DNA from: Patescibacteria group bacterium
GTDB taxonomy: Bacteria; Patescibacteriota; JAQUNI01
Assembly: GCA_028717685.1 (NCBI GenBank)
Contig: JAQUNI010000001.1
Coordinates: forward strand, 335,451 to 399,450
Direction of reading: 5' to 3'
DNA length: 64,000 nt
The position numbers and the translations under genes were made by a program. Of the stretch, positions 36,853 through 48,294 are shown in pieces; positions within the stretch are counted from its first letter, which is position 1; the number at the start of each line of letters is the position of its first letter. The notes beneath the pieces are model-generated. The model was given only the letters and a program-made list of their open reading frames with translations. It made no database searches and was not told where the DNA came from.

Positions 36853-37526
36853 GGTTCTTTTTTTATCCGCAAAGGAGTTTTCCTTTGGCAATTAAACAGT
36901 GATAGGAAACATCTTAAGATTTAAAACACATTTTGTTTAAAACGCCGTGTTTTAAGCTGGCCACTACCGTGTGGCTTTTTGGCGTTTGTTTGATAACAGT
37001 ATCCCTCGCGGGATACCGCGACAATATTTTTCTCCCTAGAAAGGAGGTGATCCATCGACAGCTTCCGCTACCGATGCCTTGTTACGACTTCGTCCTAATT
37101 ACCGATCCTACCGTGGATCCACCAAAAGGCGGAACTTCGGGTATTACCGGCTCTTCTGACGTGACGGGCGGTGAGTACAAGACCTGGGAACGTATTCACC
37201 GCGACATGGCTGATTCGCGGTTACTAGCGATTCCGGCTTCATGAGGTCGAGTTGCAGACCTCAATCCGAACTGGGGGTGCTTTTGATGGGATTAGCTATA
37301 GCGTTACCGCGTCGCGTCCCATTGTTACACCCATTGTAGCACGTGTGTCGCCCAGGGCATCAAAGGCCATGCTGACTTGACGTCGTCCCCACCTTCCTCC
37401 GACTATATGCCGGCAGTCTCGCGTGACAATAGTAACACGCGACAGGGGTTGCGTTCATTCCCGGACTTAACCGAACATCTCACGACATGAACTGACGACA
37501 GCCATGCAGCACCTGATCCCAAGGTT

Positions 37527-37731
37527 CCCCCCACAAGAGATCCAAATTCCAAACACTAAGCACCAAATTACAAACAATATCCAATAATCAAAGTTCCAAT
37601 GACCAAAACAGATTTGGAATTTTGAAAATTGAAATTTAGAATTTATTTGTCTGGCTATGCCAGATCTCGCTAGAAGCGAGAAAATTTGTGATTTGCGATT
37701 TGGGATTTCTATCTTGAATCCCTTATGGGGG
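37527..37731. other. 16S insertion in the V6 region (heptamer palindrome with a nested double hairpin)
   Basis: Non-rRNA AT-rich sequence closed by a ccccc/ggggg stem; contains tctggctatgccagatctcgctagaagcgaga. Confidence 0.85.
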
Positions 37732-37791
37732 CACATCTTAGTTTCCTAAGATCTCCTTGAGCGTCTTGCCCTGGTAAGGTTCCTCGCTTAC

Positions 37792-37825
<34 letters not shown>

Positions 37826-37837
37826 AGGTCCCCGTCT

Positions 37838-37869
<32 letters not shown>

Positions 37870-38280
37870 TCCCAGGCGGGACACTTAACGCGTTAGCTTA
37901 CGACACTGAAGGGGTCGAGCCTCCAATGCCTAGTGTCCATCGTTTACAGCGTGGACTACTGGGATATCTAACCCCATTCGCTCCCCACGCTTTCGTCCTA
38001 TGAGCGTCAGAATCGTTCTAGTAAGCTGCCTTCGCTATTGGTGTTCCTGCCGATATTAACGCATATCACTACTACACCGGCAGTTCCGCTTACTTCTCCC
38101 GACCTCTAGTCTTGAAAGTATCCGACCCTTTCCCTTGGTTAAGCCAAGGTCTTTAAGGTTAGACTTTTCAGACCGCCTAGGGACGCTTTACGCCCAATAA
38201 ATCCGGATAACGCTTGGACCACTCGAATTACCGCGACTGCTGGCACGAGTTTAGTCGGTCCTTATTCGTAGGGTACACTC

Positions 38281-38467
38281 AACCGCACCTCGCTGGGCTC
38301 GGTGGCGGTAATTCCTAATTTCTAATTTTTAATTTCTAATCAAATCCCAATGACCAAATGACCAATGACCAAACTTTAGACATTAGACATTTAGACATTA
38401 GAAATTGATTAGAAATTAGGTCAATTAGGAATTAGAAATTCCGAACCGAACGCAGTGAGGTACGGTT
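38281..38467. other. 16S insertion in the V3 region
   Basis: aaccgcacctcgctgggctcggtggcgg[AT-rich palindrome]ccgaaccgaacgcagtgaggtacggtt. Confidence 0.88.
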
Positions 38468-38822
38468 TGTTCCCCTATAAAAGCAGTTTACACTGAAGAA
38501 CAGCTTCTTCCTGCACGCGGCGTCGCTCCTTCACCCTATTTCGGGCATTGAGGAAGATTCTCGACTGCAGCCTCCCGTAGGAGTCAGGGCAGTGTTTCAG
38601 TCCCCGTGTGCGAGGGCATCCTCTTAGACCTCGTAACCGTCATAGCCTTGGTGAGCCTTTACCCCACCAACTAGCTGATAGTCCGCAGGCCCTTCCTGAA
38701 GCGATAAATCATTTACCATAACTAATGAATAGCTATGGCACATCGGGAATTAGTCCGCCTTTCGGCGAATTATGCCCGTCTTCAGGGTAGGTTACCAACG
38801 TGTTACTCACCCGTTTGCCACT

Positions 38823-39013
38823 GGCCGCACCTCGCTACGCTCGGGCGGAATTTACCAATTTTCAATTTTCAATTTTCAATCAATTTTCAATTTTCAAACA
38901 TTACCGCAACTTAATCTGTTTGAAAATTAAATCATTAATTTATTTGATATTGATTGAAAAATTCGAAAATTTGTAAATTGAAAATTCCGTGCCAAACACA
39001 GTGAGGCACGGCC
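38823..39013. other. 16S insertion in the V1 region
   Basis: ggccgcacctcgctacgctcgggcggaa[(aattttc)n palindrome]ttccgtgccaaacacagtgaggcacggcc. Confidence 0.88.
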
Positions 39014-39197
39014 CGTTGACTTGCATGCCTTATCCACGCCGCCAGCGTTCATCCTGAGCTAGGATCAAACTCTCAAAAAAGATAATCAGCAATTAACTCA
39101 TAAAAGCTAGATCACTGATTATATAAATAGACGTTCCTATCACTATTTAATTGTCAAGGTTCAAAAATATTTTTGCTCTTGAACTAGAGCATAATTT

Positions 39198-39226
39198 ATA
39201 TTAATCTATGGATAATGGTTTGTCAA
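39198..39226 (-). promoter_or_regulatory. 16S rRNA promoter
   Basis: TTGACA-17nt-TAATAT; a boxA-like GAACCTTGACAAT follows. Confidence 0.65.
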
Positions 39227-39286
39227 GTTTTAAAACAGGGCTAATTTTAGCACAAAATGCAAGCCTTAGATTTATTGCTCAAAACA

Positions 39287-39315
39287 TTGACAAAAGTATT
39301 AAAATGTGCTAAAAT
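39287..39315 (+). promoter_or_regulatory. Sigma70 promoter for 39448
   Basis: TTGACA-17nt-TAAAAT with extended TG. Confidence 0.65.
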
Positions 39316-39447
39316 TAAAGTATTGAAATTCATCATTATTGCGAGGAATCCGCCACCTTTTTTGAAAAAGGTGAGGGGGCTCCTAGCAATGATGAATGTT
39401 CTTATTTTGTACTTTGTCTGTAGTTAGATAATAAGGAGGGATAAAGG

Positions 39448-39708
39448 ATGAATTTGCCGGATTACCGCAAACTCCAAGACTCCCAATGGAAGACCGAGAA
39501 GCCAATGGTTTGGCCCATTGTGCTTCTTATAATTTTCTTGATGGTTTTTTTCGCGATCGGAGCAGGAGTCTGGGTCCATAGCGGCACGAAGGATGGGCTC
39601 GGAAAGGATATTGGCATTGCCGACGCAGTCGGCTTTGCCCTATGGTTTATAATTTTCCGCATCAAACGAGGAGCGGAGAAGGCGAAATTTTACGGGAGAT
39701 ACCGCTAA
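39448..39708 (+). CDS. Small membrane protein (two TM)
   Basis: AAGGAGG RBS, own promoter, and a terminator at 39722-39750. Confidence 0.7.
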   Translation: MNLPDYRKLQDSQWKTEKPMVWPIVLLIIFLMVFFAIGAGVWVHSGTKDGLGKDIGIADAVGFALWFIIFRIKRGAEKAKFYGRYR

Positions 39709-39747
39709 ATCTCTCCTCAATCAGCCGTGTTCACAAACGGCTGTTTT

Positions 39748-40422
39748 TTATTTTTTATTTTTCTCCCTCCACTCTTTTATTTTCTGATGATTGCCGGATA
39801 AAAGCACCTGCGGAACTTTCAAGCCTTGAAAATTCTCGGGGCGGGTGTAATGGGGGTATTCAATATTATTTTCGGGCAGAGAAAATGATTCCTCATTCAA
39901 GGATTCCGCGTTGCCTAAAACTCCGGGAATGAGCCGGCTCACTGCGTCCACAATCACCATCGCGGGAAGCTCGCCGCCGGTTAAAACAAAGTTGCCGATG
40001 GATATCTCTTCATCCACAAAATAATCCGCCACTCTTTGATCCACGCCTTCATAATGCCCGCAAACAAAAATCAATTTTTTAAAATGGCTAAGATCGCGAG
40101 CCATTTTCTGGTTAAAAGTCTTGCCACGGCTGGAAAGCAGAATTACCCGGCTGGAAGAATTGTGGCGGGAGATGCCCTCGGGGCTAACTCTCTTCGGGAG
40201 AATCTTTTTTAAAGCGCGATGGATAGGCTCAATTTTCATCACCATCCCAGCGCCGCCTCCGTAGGGCACATCATCCGTGGTTTTATGTTTGTCGCGCGCG
40301 TAATCCCGCAAATTATGAATCTTAATTTTGACCAATCCTTTATTCTGGGCGCGCCCTAAAATACTCCCGCTAAAATAGGAGTCAAAAATTTTGGGGAAGA
40401 TTGTGAGAATGTCAAAAGTCAT
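39748..40422 (-). CDS. trmD: tRNA (guanine-N1)-methyltransferase TrmD
   Basis: DDVPYGGGAGMVMK, CGHYEGVDQR, SIGNFVLTGGE and EYPHYTRP motifs. Confidence 0.97.
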   Translation of the reverse strand: MTFDILTIFPKIFDSYFSGSILGRAQNKGLVKIKIHNLRDYARDKHKTTDDVPYGGGAGMVMKIEPIHRALKKILPKRVSPEGISRHNSSSRVILLSSRGKTFNQKMARDLSHFKKLIFVCGHYEGVDQRVADYFVDEEISIGNFVLTGGELPAMVIVDAVSRLIPGVLGNAESLNEESFSLPENNIEYPHYTRPENFQGLKVPQVLLSGNHQKIKEWREKNKK

Positions 40423-40426
40423 TGTG

Positions 40427-40532
40427 TTAGTAATCGGTAATCAGTAATTAGTAATTAGGGAAGATTTTATCGGCCGAAGGCCGATTTGTTTTAGTTACCA
40501 ATTACCAGTTACTAATTACTGATTACTAGTTA
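40427..40532. repeat. TAATCAG heptamer palindrome
   Basis: tagtaatcggtaatcagtaattagtaatt...aattaccagttactaattactgattacta. Confidence 0.8.
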
Positions 40533-40611
40533 ATATATCCATTAAACCAAAAACCGCTTGTTTTAGCAAGCGGTCTCTAGCGTATCGAAAGCTTGAATTA
40601 AAAGCTTATCT

Positions 40612-40938
40612 TTACAGTTTCAGATCATCAACTACGTCAGTAGCTTGATCTTTCGGAGCTTCACTTCTGCCACGGCCTCGGGTAGAACCCTCGGGCTCAA
40701 GAATCTTGAGGTTTACACGGGCATTGTTTTTTGCTCCGACCACTCTTAAAAGAGTTCGGATTGAAGATGCAGTCTGGCCGTTGCGTCCGATGATTTGACC
40801 CATATCCGCAGGGTCAACCTCTAAAGTGATCAGCACTCCCATTTCGTCAACTGTGCGATTAGCTTTCACTTTATCCGGATTATCAACTAGCATCTGCACT
40901 ACATACTCCAGGAACTCTAAATCCTTTTCTTTGGCCAT
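40612..40938 (-). CDS. khpA: KH-domain RNA-binding protein KhpA
   Basis: LVDNPD...DMGQIIGRNGQTA-SIRTLL; directly upstream of trmD. Confidence 0.92.
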   Translation of the reverse strand: MAKEKDLEFLEYVVQMLVDNPDKVKANRTVDEMGVLITLEVDPADMGQIIGRNGQTASSIRTLLRVVGAKNNARVNLKILEPEGSTRGRGRSEAPKDQATDVVDDLKL

Positions 40939-41060
40939 ACTTCTTTTTGGACTTACTTAACTTATTATTTCAATAAATAAAGTGAAGGTCGACCTAAAAA
41001 GCTTTCACTTTATTCACTGTTAACAAAATACACTATTTTTTCAATTTTGTCAAGGAAAAA

Positions 41061-42470
41061 CTATCTCATCACATTTAAAGGATTGACCGCTCCTTGACTT
41101 GTTCTAATCTCAAGGTGCAAATGAGGACCCGTGGACCAGCCGGTAGAACCCATATAGCCGATTAATTCTCCAGCCTTCACGTTTCCAACAGTCCTTTTAT
41201 AACTGGATAAATGGGCATAAAGCGTTTCAGTACCATTAGGATGAGAAATAATAATGTTTTTACCATAACCGCCTCGCCAACCGGAAAAAGTAATGGAACC
41301 ACTGGCAGCGGCATAAATAGGCGAACCAATATCGCCATCAATATCAACACCATGATGACGATAACTGTAATACTGGTTGATTCTATGTGAAGTCGTAGGC
41401 CAAATCCAACCCCCTTTGCTTTTCGCGGGAATGGAAGGAGATTCCTTTTCCTCATTTTGAGGCTCGTAAACCAAAGCGCGGGAAGATTCTTCGCTCGGCG
41501 CATACTGCGGGGGAGGCGGGATCTTCCCGCCCGGAATCATTAAACTTTGACCGATTTGAATATTCGCCTCACTTCCTAAATTATTATATTCAACAATCTT
41601 CTGGAGATCCCCTTGATAAGTCTTGGAAATTTCACCCAAGGTATCACCGGATTTAACAGTATATAAAACCCCTGAAACGGGAGGAATCTTTAAAATATCG
41701 CCCGGGCGGATATAAGACGTTTCGGAAAGGTTGTTAGCGGAAAGAATAGTGGCTACGCTCAACCCATATTGCAAAGCAATGGAACTTACCGATTCTCCAG
41801 GGGTCACGATGTGCTGCACCACCTCTGTGCGCGCTTCTTCCACGGGTCCGGCTTTTACCTCTTGTTCCAAAAGAGGCAAAGGAATCAAGGCATTACCTTG
41901 CACTGTCGGGAGAGCCGCAGGATCGGATGCGGATCCTCCTCTCTCTTCGCTATTATCCGCCGCAGCCAAAACGGTAGCTGACACTTCCGAGGTGAAACCG
42001 CCTATGCCGCGAGGGAGAGCTTCTGGATCATTGCGGCTTTCCACCAAACGTTCCTCTTCGCTTTTTAAAATACCGCTGAATAAAATACTCGTACCCTGTC
42101 TTTCCTCGCCTTGGTTTTGATCCTTGCGACCCTCTATATTATTCCAAACCACCAATAAAGCAATCAAAATTACCGTTAAATGCACAACATAAGAAGGCGC
42201 GAAGGGGAGAAAATTTCGGGGAGCCTTTTGCAAAGAGCTCCGTTTAATATGATTTTTGAAAAAAATAAAAGACCTTTCTGCTTTCTTTGCTAAACTACCT
42301 GAAAGATGAACCTTATTTATCGTGGGATCAACCTGCACCTGAGAAAGGGTTTTGTCTAATTTTTGATTAAATTGTTTGCCTGCTTCCTCTATTTCTTCTG
42401 GATTTGTCTGATATTGTTTCCTTCTTTTCCTTGCCGTCCAACTTAAGAAAGAAATTATATTTTGAGACAA
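41061..42470 (-). CDS. LysM + M23 peptidase
   Basis: TM helix, two LysM repeats, HHGVDI and STGPHLHLE; start uncertain. Confidence 0.92.
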   Translation of the reverse strand: MSQNIISFLSWTARKRRKQYQTNPEEIEEAGKQFNQKLDKTLSQVQVDPTINKVHLSGSLAKKAERSFIFFKNHIKRSSLQKAPRNFLPFAPSYVVHLTVILIALLVVWNNIEGRKDQNQGEERQGTSILFSGILKSEEERLVESRNDPEALPRGIGGFTSEVSATVLAAADNSEERGGSASDPAALPTVQGNALIPLPLLEQEVKAGPVEEARTEVVQHIVTPGESVSSIALQYGLSVATILSANNLSETSYIRPGDILKIPPVSGVLYTVKSGDTLGEISKTYQGDLQKIVEYNNLGSEANIQIGQSLMIPGGKIPPPPQYAPSEESSRALVYEPQNEEKESPSIPAKSKGGWIWPTTSHRINQYYSYRHHGVDIDGDIGSPIYAAASGSITFSGWRGGYGKNIIISHPNGTETLYAHLSSYKRTVGNVKAGELIGYMGSTGWSTGPHLHLEIRTSQGAVNPLNVMR

Positions 42471-42652
42471 TATAACTCACTCCTCTTTAAGCGAATTAGA
42501 TATCCTTAAAATGCATCCAAAACTGCTAATTTATAGCTTAGCATAGGGATTAAACCCTGTCAAAAGATTTATCCCCACTCTTATAGATAGAGAACCATTG
42601 CTCCCTGCACCATACGTGATGCAGTGTTCTATTGTTCAATTGTTAAAATAAA

Positions 42653-43930
42653 TTATTCAGGACACAACATCTTGATTACCTTTTTATTCCGAATTAAACT
42701 CTGAATGTAATCGCGATAGACAGGACTCTTAAACTTATCTTTTGCCTCTGATGTCTTGGGATAAAGTTTCAACATTTCATTTATTTCCGCTTCTATCTCT
42801 TTGTCTGCGACACGGACTTTCTCGCGACGCGCGATTTCCCGCAGTACCAAGCTCGTTTGAATCCTTTTCTCCGCGGCCCTGTCCCAAGCCTGCAACAGAT
42901 CGGCGCGGCTTTTTTTGATGCTTTTTAAATAATCCTCAAACCTGCCTCCTTGACTCTCTATATCTTTCTTTAGTTCCTGCATCATCCTTTCTTTTTCCGC
43001 GTCTAATAGAACAGGAGGGATTTCTATTTTTACCGAAGCGCATACCTTGTCTAAAACTTTGAGTTCATATTTTTCCCGCGCCTTCATTTCTGCCTCTGTT
43101 TGAAGATTTGTCCGCAGTTTCTTTTTTAAAATCGCTAAAGAAGTAAAACGCGGACCTATGCTCTGCGCGAATTCGTCGCTCAATTCAGGGATTTTGACCT
43201 CTTGCACCAGATTCATTTTGACCTTGAAGCGCGCTAAACGCCCGGCGAGACGCTGATGCAAATATTCCTTCGGAAACCTTAAATTAAACGCCTTTTCATC
43301 ACCCTTCTTCATCCCTAGAATTTGATCCTCAAAGCCTGGCACAAATTGCCCTTGCCCTAAAATTAAAGGGTGATTTTGGCTGACTCCCCCCTCAACAAGG
43401 TTGTTTTTAAAATAACATTTGAAGTCAATTTCCACGCGGTCTCCCTTTCGCGCTTCACGGGAAACAGTAATATACGCGGCGCGCATCTCCTGCAACTTCT
43501 TCACCAAGTCCTCTGCGTCTTGCGCCGTCACTTTTTTTACTTTCGGCTTAGCAACTTTTACGTTCTTATAACTGCCTAAAATTACTTCCGGCATCACGGC
43601 TACCACTGCTTTAAAAAGCAAGGGATTGTCCGGCGCTATTTTTAAAATACTTATCTGGGGTTTGCCCAGAACATCCATCTTCTTTTCGGTAAATGCTTCT
43701 TTAAGAAAAGAAGGCAAGCCTAACTTCACGGCTTCTTCCCAAAGCTGCGCCCTGCCCACCTGTCTTTCCACCAATGCTCTAGGAGCGGCGCCGGGGCGAA
43801 ATCCGTTGATTTTGATTCCCCGCGCAATCTCCCGGCTGGCAGATTCTAAAAAGGGCTTAATTTCCTCCGTGTCCACTTCCATATTTAATTCCACTTGCGA
43901 TTGAGGTAATTTTTTGGATTCAATTTTCAT
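42653..43930 (-). CDS. tig: Trigger factor
   Basis: GFRPGAAP signature and FKBP domain (GQFVPGFEDQILG). Confidence 0.95.
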   Translation of the reverse strand: MKIESKKLPQSQVELNMEVDTEEIKPFLESASREIARGIKINGFRPGAAPRALVERQVGRAQLWEEAVKLGLPSFLKEAFTEKKMDVLGKPQISILKIAPDNPLLFKAVVAVMPEVILGSYKNVKVAKPKVKKVTAQDAEDLVKKLQEMRAAYITVSREARKGDRVEIDFKCYFKNNLVEGGVSQNHPLILGQGQFVPGFEDQILGMKKGDEKAFNLRFPKEYLHQRLAGRLARFKVKMNLVQEVKIPELSDEFAQSIGPRFTSLAILKKKLRTNLQTEAEMKAREKYELKVLDKVCASVKIEIPPVLLDAEKERMMQELKKDIESQGGRFEDYLKSIKKSRADLLQAWDRAAEKRIQTSLVLREIARREKVRVADKEIEAEINEMLKLYPKTSEAKDKFKSPVYRDYIQSLIRNKKVIKMLCPE

Positions 43931-44038
43931 TCTGTTTAATTTTAATCCCCCCTACTTAATCTCTGAAAAGATAAAAAGGAGTGAAAACCCCTTTTTTACC
44001 CGAGAGCGGAGTCCTCCAAAAAAGCTTTGGGGAGTTAT

Positions 44039-46027
44039 TTAATGAATCATTTTAACAAGCAAAGGAGCAATAAGTAAGGCAACAATAGCCATTAGTTTAA
44101 TTAAAATATTCAAGGCGGGACCAGAAGTGTCTTTAAAGGGGTCGCCGACCGTATCGCCCACCACGGCTGCTTTATGGCTATCAGAACCCTTGCCGCCTAA
44201 ATGGCCTTTTTCAATGTATTTCTTGGCATTATCCCAGGCGCCGCCGGCGTTAGCCATCATCACGGCTAGCAAAAATCCAGTTACTGTCGCGCCCGCCAGA
44301 AGACCGCCTAAGGCGGCGGCTCCCATCCCAAAACCAACCACAAGCGGCGCGCCGATAGTGACAATGCTGGGCAGAACCATCTTCTTGAGAGCCGCGCTGG
44401 TGGATATAGAGACACAGCGGCTGTAATCTGGTTTTGCTTTGCCTTCCATTAAACCCTCAATCTCCCGAAATTGGCGGCGCACCTCTGCCACCATTTCCAT
44501 TGCCGCGCTACCGACTGCCCGCATGCTCAAAGCTGAAAAAAAGAAAGGAAGCGCGCCCCCAATAAACATTCCCGCCATCACTCTGGGATCGCTAATATCA
44601 ATAAATTTAAGACCAATACTTTCAGTATAGCTTGCGAATAAAGCTAGAGCGGTCAAAGCAGCGGATCCAATGGCAAATCCTTTACCCATAGCGGCAGTGG
44701 TGTTGCCCACAGCGTCCAGACTTTCGGCGCGCTCTCTCACCTCCCTGCCCATACCCGCCATTTCCGCAATGCCGGCGGCATTATCCGCGACGGGACCATA
44801 GGTATCCGCCGCGAGCGTGATCCCTAAAGTAGAAAGCATACCCACAGCGGCAATGGCAATGCCATACAGGCCAAACAAAGCATAGCTTGCCCAGATGCCT
44901 AAGGCAATCACCAAAACTGGAATAATCGTGCTTAACATCCCCAAAGAAAGTCCTTGAATAATATTGGTAGCCGCTCCCGTCTCTGAACTCTCCGCGATTC
45001 TTTGGGTAGGCTTATTATTATCTGAAGTGTAATATTCGGTCACATAACCAATAATTACGCCTGCCACTACCCCCACTAAGGTGGCGTAAAAAATTTTGAT
45101 GTCGTCAACAATGTGAAAAACCTCTACCACCAAATAAGATCCGACAATCATCAAGAGAGCGGCGCCATAAATGCCGCGATTTAAAATACTGCTCACTTTC
45201 TTGGCACCACGAGAGACCTGAACGATAATGTTGCCAAAAAGGGAAGCTAAAATACCTACTGCGGCTAAAAGCAAGGGCAGAGCTACGGCATCACCCTGCA
45301 AAGTCGCTGGAAAGACCAAAACAGCGATTGCCATCGCCGCAATAATAGAATCCACATAAGATTCGAAAAGATCAGCGCCCATACCCGCCACATCGCCCAC
45401 ATTATCGCCCACATTATCCGCTATTACCGCCGGGTTGCGCGGATCATCCTCGGGAATGCCTTTTTCTATTTTGCCGACTAAATCTGCCCCCACATCCGCG
45501 GCCTTGGTGTAAATCCCGCCTCCTACTCTCGCGAACAAGGCGATGGAAGAAGCGCCAAAGCCAAAACCATAAATAATCCTAGGGTCGCGCACGAGCCAGT
45601 ATAATAAAGCTACGCCCAAAAGCCCCACGGAAACCACGGATAATCCCATCACCGAACCCGAGGAAAAAGCAAGCGACAGACCATCTTTCACGCTTTTTGC
45701 TGAAGCCTGAGCAGTCCGCACATTGGCGCGCGTCGCAATCCGCATGCCGATATTGCCTACCAGCGCCGAAAAAATCGCTCCCAACAAAAAAGCTCCGGCG
45801 GTTTTGTAACCCAACACAATATACAAAACAAAACCAAAAGCTAAAACAAAAACGGCGATGATTTTATACTCTTTATGCAAAAAAGCCATCGCTCCTTCAT
45901 GAATTGCCGCGGCGATCTCGCGCATTTTTTCCGTGCCTGCATCCTGACGCAAAATTTTCATAGCCAGAAAGAAAGCGAACAAAAGACCCAAAAGAGCAAT
46001 AATAACGGAAAAGATAATAGCAGACAT
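44039..46027 (-). CDS. hppA: Membrane-integral ion-translocating pyrophosphatase (K+-dependent type)
   Basis: [40 protein letters not shown] and [10 protein letters not shown] motifs. Confidence 0.96.
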   Translation of the reverse strand: MSAIIFSVIIALLGLLFAFFLAMKILRQDAGTEKMREIAAAIHEGAMAFLHKEYKIIAVFVLAFGFVLYIVLGYKTAGAFLLGAIFSALVGNIGMRIATRANVRTAQASAKSVKDGLSLAFSSGSVMGLSVVSVGLLGVALLYWLVRDPRIIYGFGFGASSIALFARVGGGIYTKAADVGADLVGKIEKGIPEDDPRNPAVIADNVGDNVGDVAGMGADLFESYVDSIIAAMAIAVLVFPATLQGDAVALPLLLAAVGILASLFGNIIVQVSRGAKKVSSILNRGIYGAALLMIVGSYLVVEVFHIVDDIKIFYATLVGVVAGVIIGYVTEYYTSDNNKPTQRIAESSETGAATNIIQGLSLGMLSTIIPVLVIALGIWASYALFGLYGIAIAAVGMLSTLGITLAADTYGPVADNAAGIAEMAGMGREVRERAESLDAVGNTTAAMGKGFAIGSAALTALALFASYTESIGLKFIDISDPRVMAGMFIGGALPFFFSALSMRAVGSAAMEMVAEVRRQFREIEGLMEGKAKPDYSRCVSISTSAALKKMVLPSIVTIGAPLVVGFGMGAAALGGLLAGATVTGFLLAVMMANAGGAWDNAKKYIEKGHLGGKGSDSHKAAVVGDTVGDPFKDTSGPALNILIKLMAIVALLIAPLLVKMIH

Positions 46028-46165
46028 GATTTTTTGAAAAATTTAATAATGATAATCTAAAATTATAGTTTGTATATTTAAAAAGTCAATGTACAATGAA
46101 TCAAAGTCTCACGCTTCGGGTGATCACCCATCAGTCAAGGCAGTAAGAACAAGCATAAATACAAA

Positions 46166-46303
46166 GCATTTTTTATTTCTTATTTCTTGTTTCTTATTCA
46201 TTTCTTATTTAACTATTTCTTATTTATTTTTAAAAATTCATAAAACAAAAAACAAAAAATAAGAAACGAATAAGAAATAAAAAATACAAAATAAGAAATA
46301 TTA
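46166..46303. repeat. TTCTTAT/ATAAGAA heptamer palindrome
   Basis: atttcttatttcttgtttcttattcatttcttattt...aataagaaacgaataagaaata. Confidence 0.8.
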
Positions 46304-46398
46304 AGAATGCTAAAGAATGAACTCCGCCAACCTCTTTTTACTAAAGTTGCAAAAGGTCAAAGTCTTAAAAAATTAAAAATGGGAATTGCGTTGATAAT

Positions 46399-47649
46399 TT
46401 ATAATCCCTCCTGACTACTTTTCTCCTTTGATTTAGCCTTAGTCTTACTTTTCTTCTCTTTGGATTTCACTTTTTCTTCAACTTTCTTCTCTGCCTCCTT
46501 TTCTGGTTCTTCAGACTTTATTTCTTCCGCCTTGGGTTCTTCTGTTTTTGTTTCTTTTACCTTCGGTTCTTCCACAATTTCCTTTTTCACACTTTCTTTC
46601 TCTACGGCTTTCACATCTATCTTCCAATCCGTGAGCTTGGCGGCGAGGCGCACATTCTGCCCTTCTTTGCCAATCGCCAAAGACAATTGATCGGGTGCGA
46701 CAAAAACGCGAGCCAGCCTTTCTTTTTCATTTAATTGGACACGAGACACTTTAGCCGGAGCAAGGGCATTGGTCACAAAACGCGCCTGATCTTCGCTCCA
46801 TTCAATAATATCAATTTTTTCGCCATTAATTTCATTAATCACGGCTTGCACCCTGGACCCGCGCTGACCTACGCAAGCGCCGATAGGATCCACCTCTCTG
46901 TCGCTGCTTGTAACCGCGATTTTACTGCGCAAACCCGCTTCTCTAGCCACGATTTTAATTTTCACTACCCCAGAATTCACCTCTGGCACTTCCAGACCAA
47001 AAAGGATCTTAATAATTTCCGGGCTGGTGCGCGACAGAATAATTTCCGGCCCCTTCGCTCCCTCCCGCACTTCGGTAATATAAACTTTTAGCCTCTGGTT
47101 CACTTGGTAACGCTCGTTGCGCACCTGCTCCGAAGGCGGAACAAAACCGGTAGTCTGCCCTAAATCCACAAAAATCGTGCTCCCTTCCACTCTTTGGATC
47201 ACTCCGTTCACAAGCTCGCCCTCCCGCCCCTTGAAGGCGAGAAACAGCGCATCGCGCTCGGCTTCGCGAATCCTTTGGATAATTACCTGTTTCGCGGTCT
47301 GGGCTGCCACCCGACCATAATCGCCAGGGGGGTCTATGGGAGTGATAAGCTCATCGCCCACTTTTATTTTTTTCTTCTTTTGCTTGGCCTCCGAGAGAAT
47401 AATCTCTTTCCGCGGATCTTTGATTTCGGCATCGTCCGCCACTACCTCTTTCACGTCAAAAAGGTCAAAATTGCCGGTTTTAGGATTATATTTGGCTCTG
47501 GCATTTTCATTGGGTTTTCCATAATCCTTGCGGTAAGCCGCGGCGAGCGCCGCCTCCACGGTTCCGAAAACGACATCACGGCTAATCCCCTTTTCATCGC
47601 AGATTTGATTAATTGCCGCGTCAAATTCTTTGTTGATAAAATTGTTCAT
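46399..47649 (-). CDS. nusA: Transcription factor NusA
   Basis: GRVAAQTAKQVIIQRIREAER, DPIGACVGQRG and LAIGKEGQNVRLAAKLT motifs. Confidence 0.97.
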   Translation of the reverse strand: MNNFINKEFDAAINQICDEKGISRDVVFGTVEAALAAAYRKDYGKPNENARAKYNPKTGNFDLFDVKEVVADDAEIKDPRKEIILSEAKQKKKKIKVGDELITPIDPPGDYGRVAAQTAKQVIIQRIREAERDALFLAFKGREGELVNGVIQRVEGSTIFVDLGQTTGFVPPSEQVRNERYQVNQRLKVYITEVREGAKGPEIILSRTSPEIIKILFGLEVPEVNSGVVKIKIVAREAGLRSKIAVTSSDREVDPIGACVGQRGSRVQAVINEINGEKIDIIEWSEDQARFVTNALAPAKVSRVQLNEKERLARVFVAPDQLSLAIGKEGQNVRLAAKLTDWKIDVKAVEKESVKKEIVEEPKVKETKTEEPKAEEIKSEEPEKEAEKKVEEKVKSKEKKSKTKAKSKEKSSQEGL

Positions 47650-47777
47650 AAAGACATTTTAATTTTTAGAATGTTGTAAAAAATAATTTTATAAAAATAT
47701 CCTGTCCAAAACAGGATTTGCTGACCATTCACAATCTCACTATTTGAAGTATAGCACAGGGCTTTAAAAAGGCAACT

Positions 47778-47915
47778 ATTTCATTGTTTTATTGCTTGCC
47801 CTGCACCACGTAGGGTGCAGGGCTCAATTGTTCTATTGTTGATCACATCGTTTTTTAAGAGCAATGCTTTAATAATAACCAAACAATTGAACAATGAAAC
47901 AATGAAGCAATGGAA
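47778..47915. repeat. CATTGTT octamer palindrome with a nested ccctgcaccacgtagggtgcaggg hairpin
   Basis: The same nested hairpin occurs at 61119-61143 and, degenerate, at 42603. Confidence 0.8.
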
Positions 47916-48284
47916 TTATTCTTCCACCGCATTCTTAAAATGTTCCAAGTGCGCCGACCTTTTCGGATAATCCAAAGTAATGCCGACCACGTCAATGCGA
48001 AAATCCTGTTCCATTCCTTTATGATTCAGATAAGCGTAAGCGGTCTTTAATAATTTTCTTTGTTTAAAAAAATCAACCGCTTCCTGCGGTTCGCCAAAAT
48101 CCCCATCTGTCCTTGTCTTAACCTCCACAAAAACCAACATCTTGGCTTTCTTGTCCCAAGCTAAAATATCAATCTCCCCCTCTCTATTTTGAAAATTGCG
48201 CTCCAAAATTTTATAGCCTTTTTTCTCCAGATAACGACAAGCCAAATTCTCGCCTAGCCTCCCCACTCTTTGCTTCCTCAACAT
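47916..48284 (-). CDS. YraN family protein
   Basis: G--GE-LA--YL, GEIDI and FVEVKTR motifs; ATG at 48284. Confidence 0.92.
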   Translation of the reverse strand: MLRKQRVGRLGENLACRYLEKKGYKILERNFQNREGEIDILAWDKKAKMLVFVEVKTRTDGDFGEPQEAVDFFKQRKLLKTAYAYLNHKGMEQDFRIDVVGITLDYPKRSAHLEHFKNAVEE

Positions 48285-48294
48285 AATCCTAAAA

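Noticed and set aside
36933-37736. ORFs 36933-37244 and 37467-37736 as proteins or an intron-encoded protein
   Set aside because: They overlap 16S; the second is heptamer-derived low-complexity sequence running into rRNA with no nuclease motif.
40155-40200. Repeat-derived insertion in TrmD (RVSPEGISRHN)
   Set aside because: Plausible, but this loop is naturally variable and I could not match it to another copy in the window.
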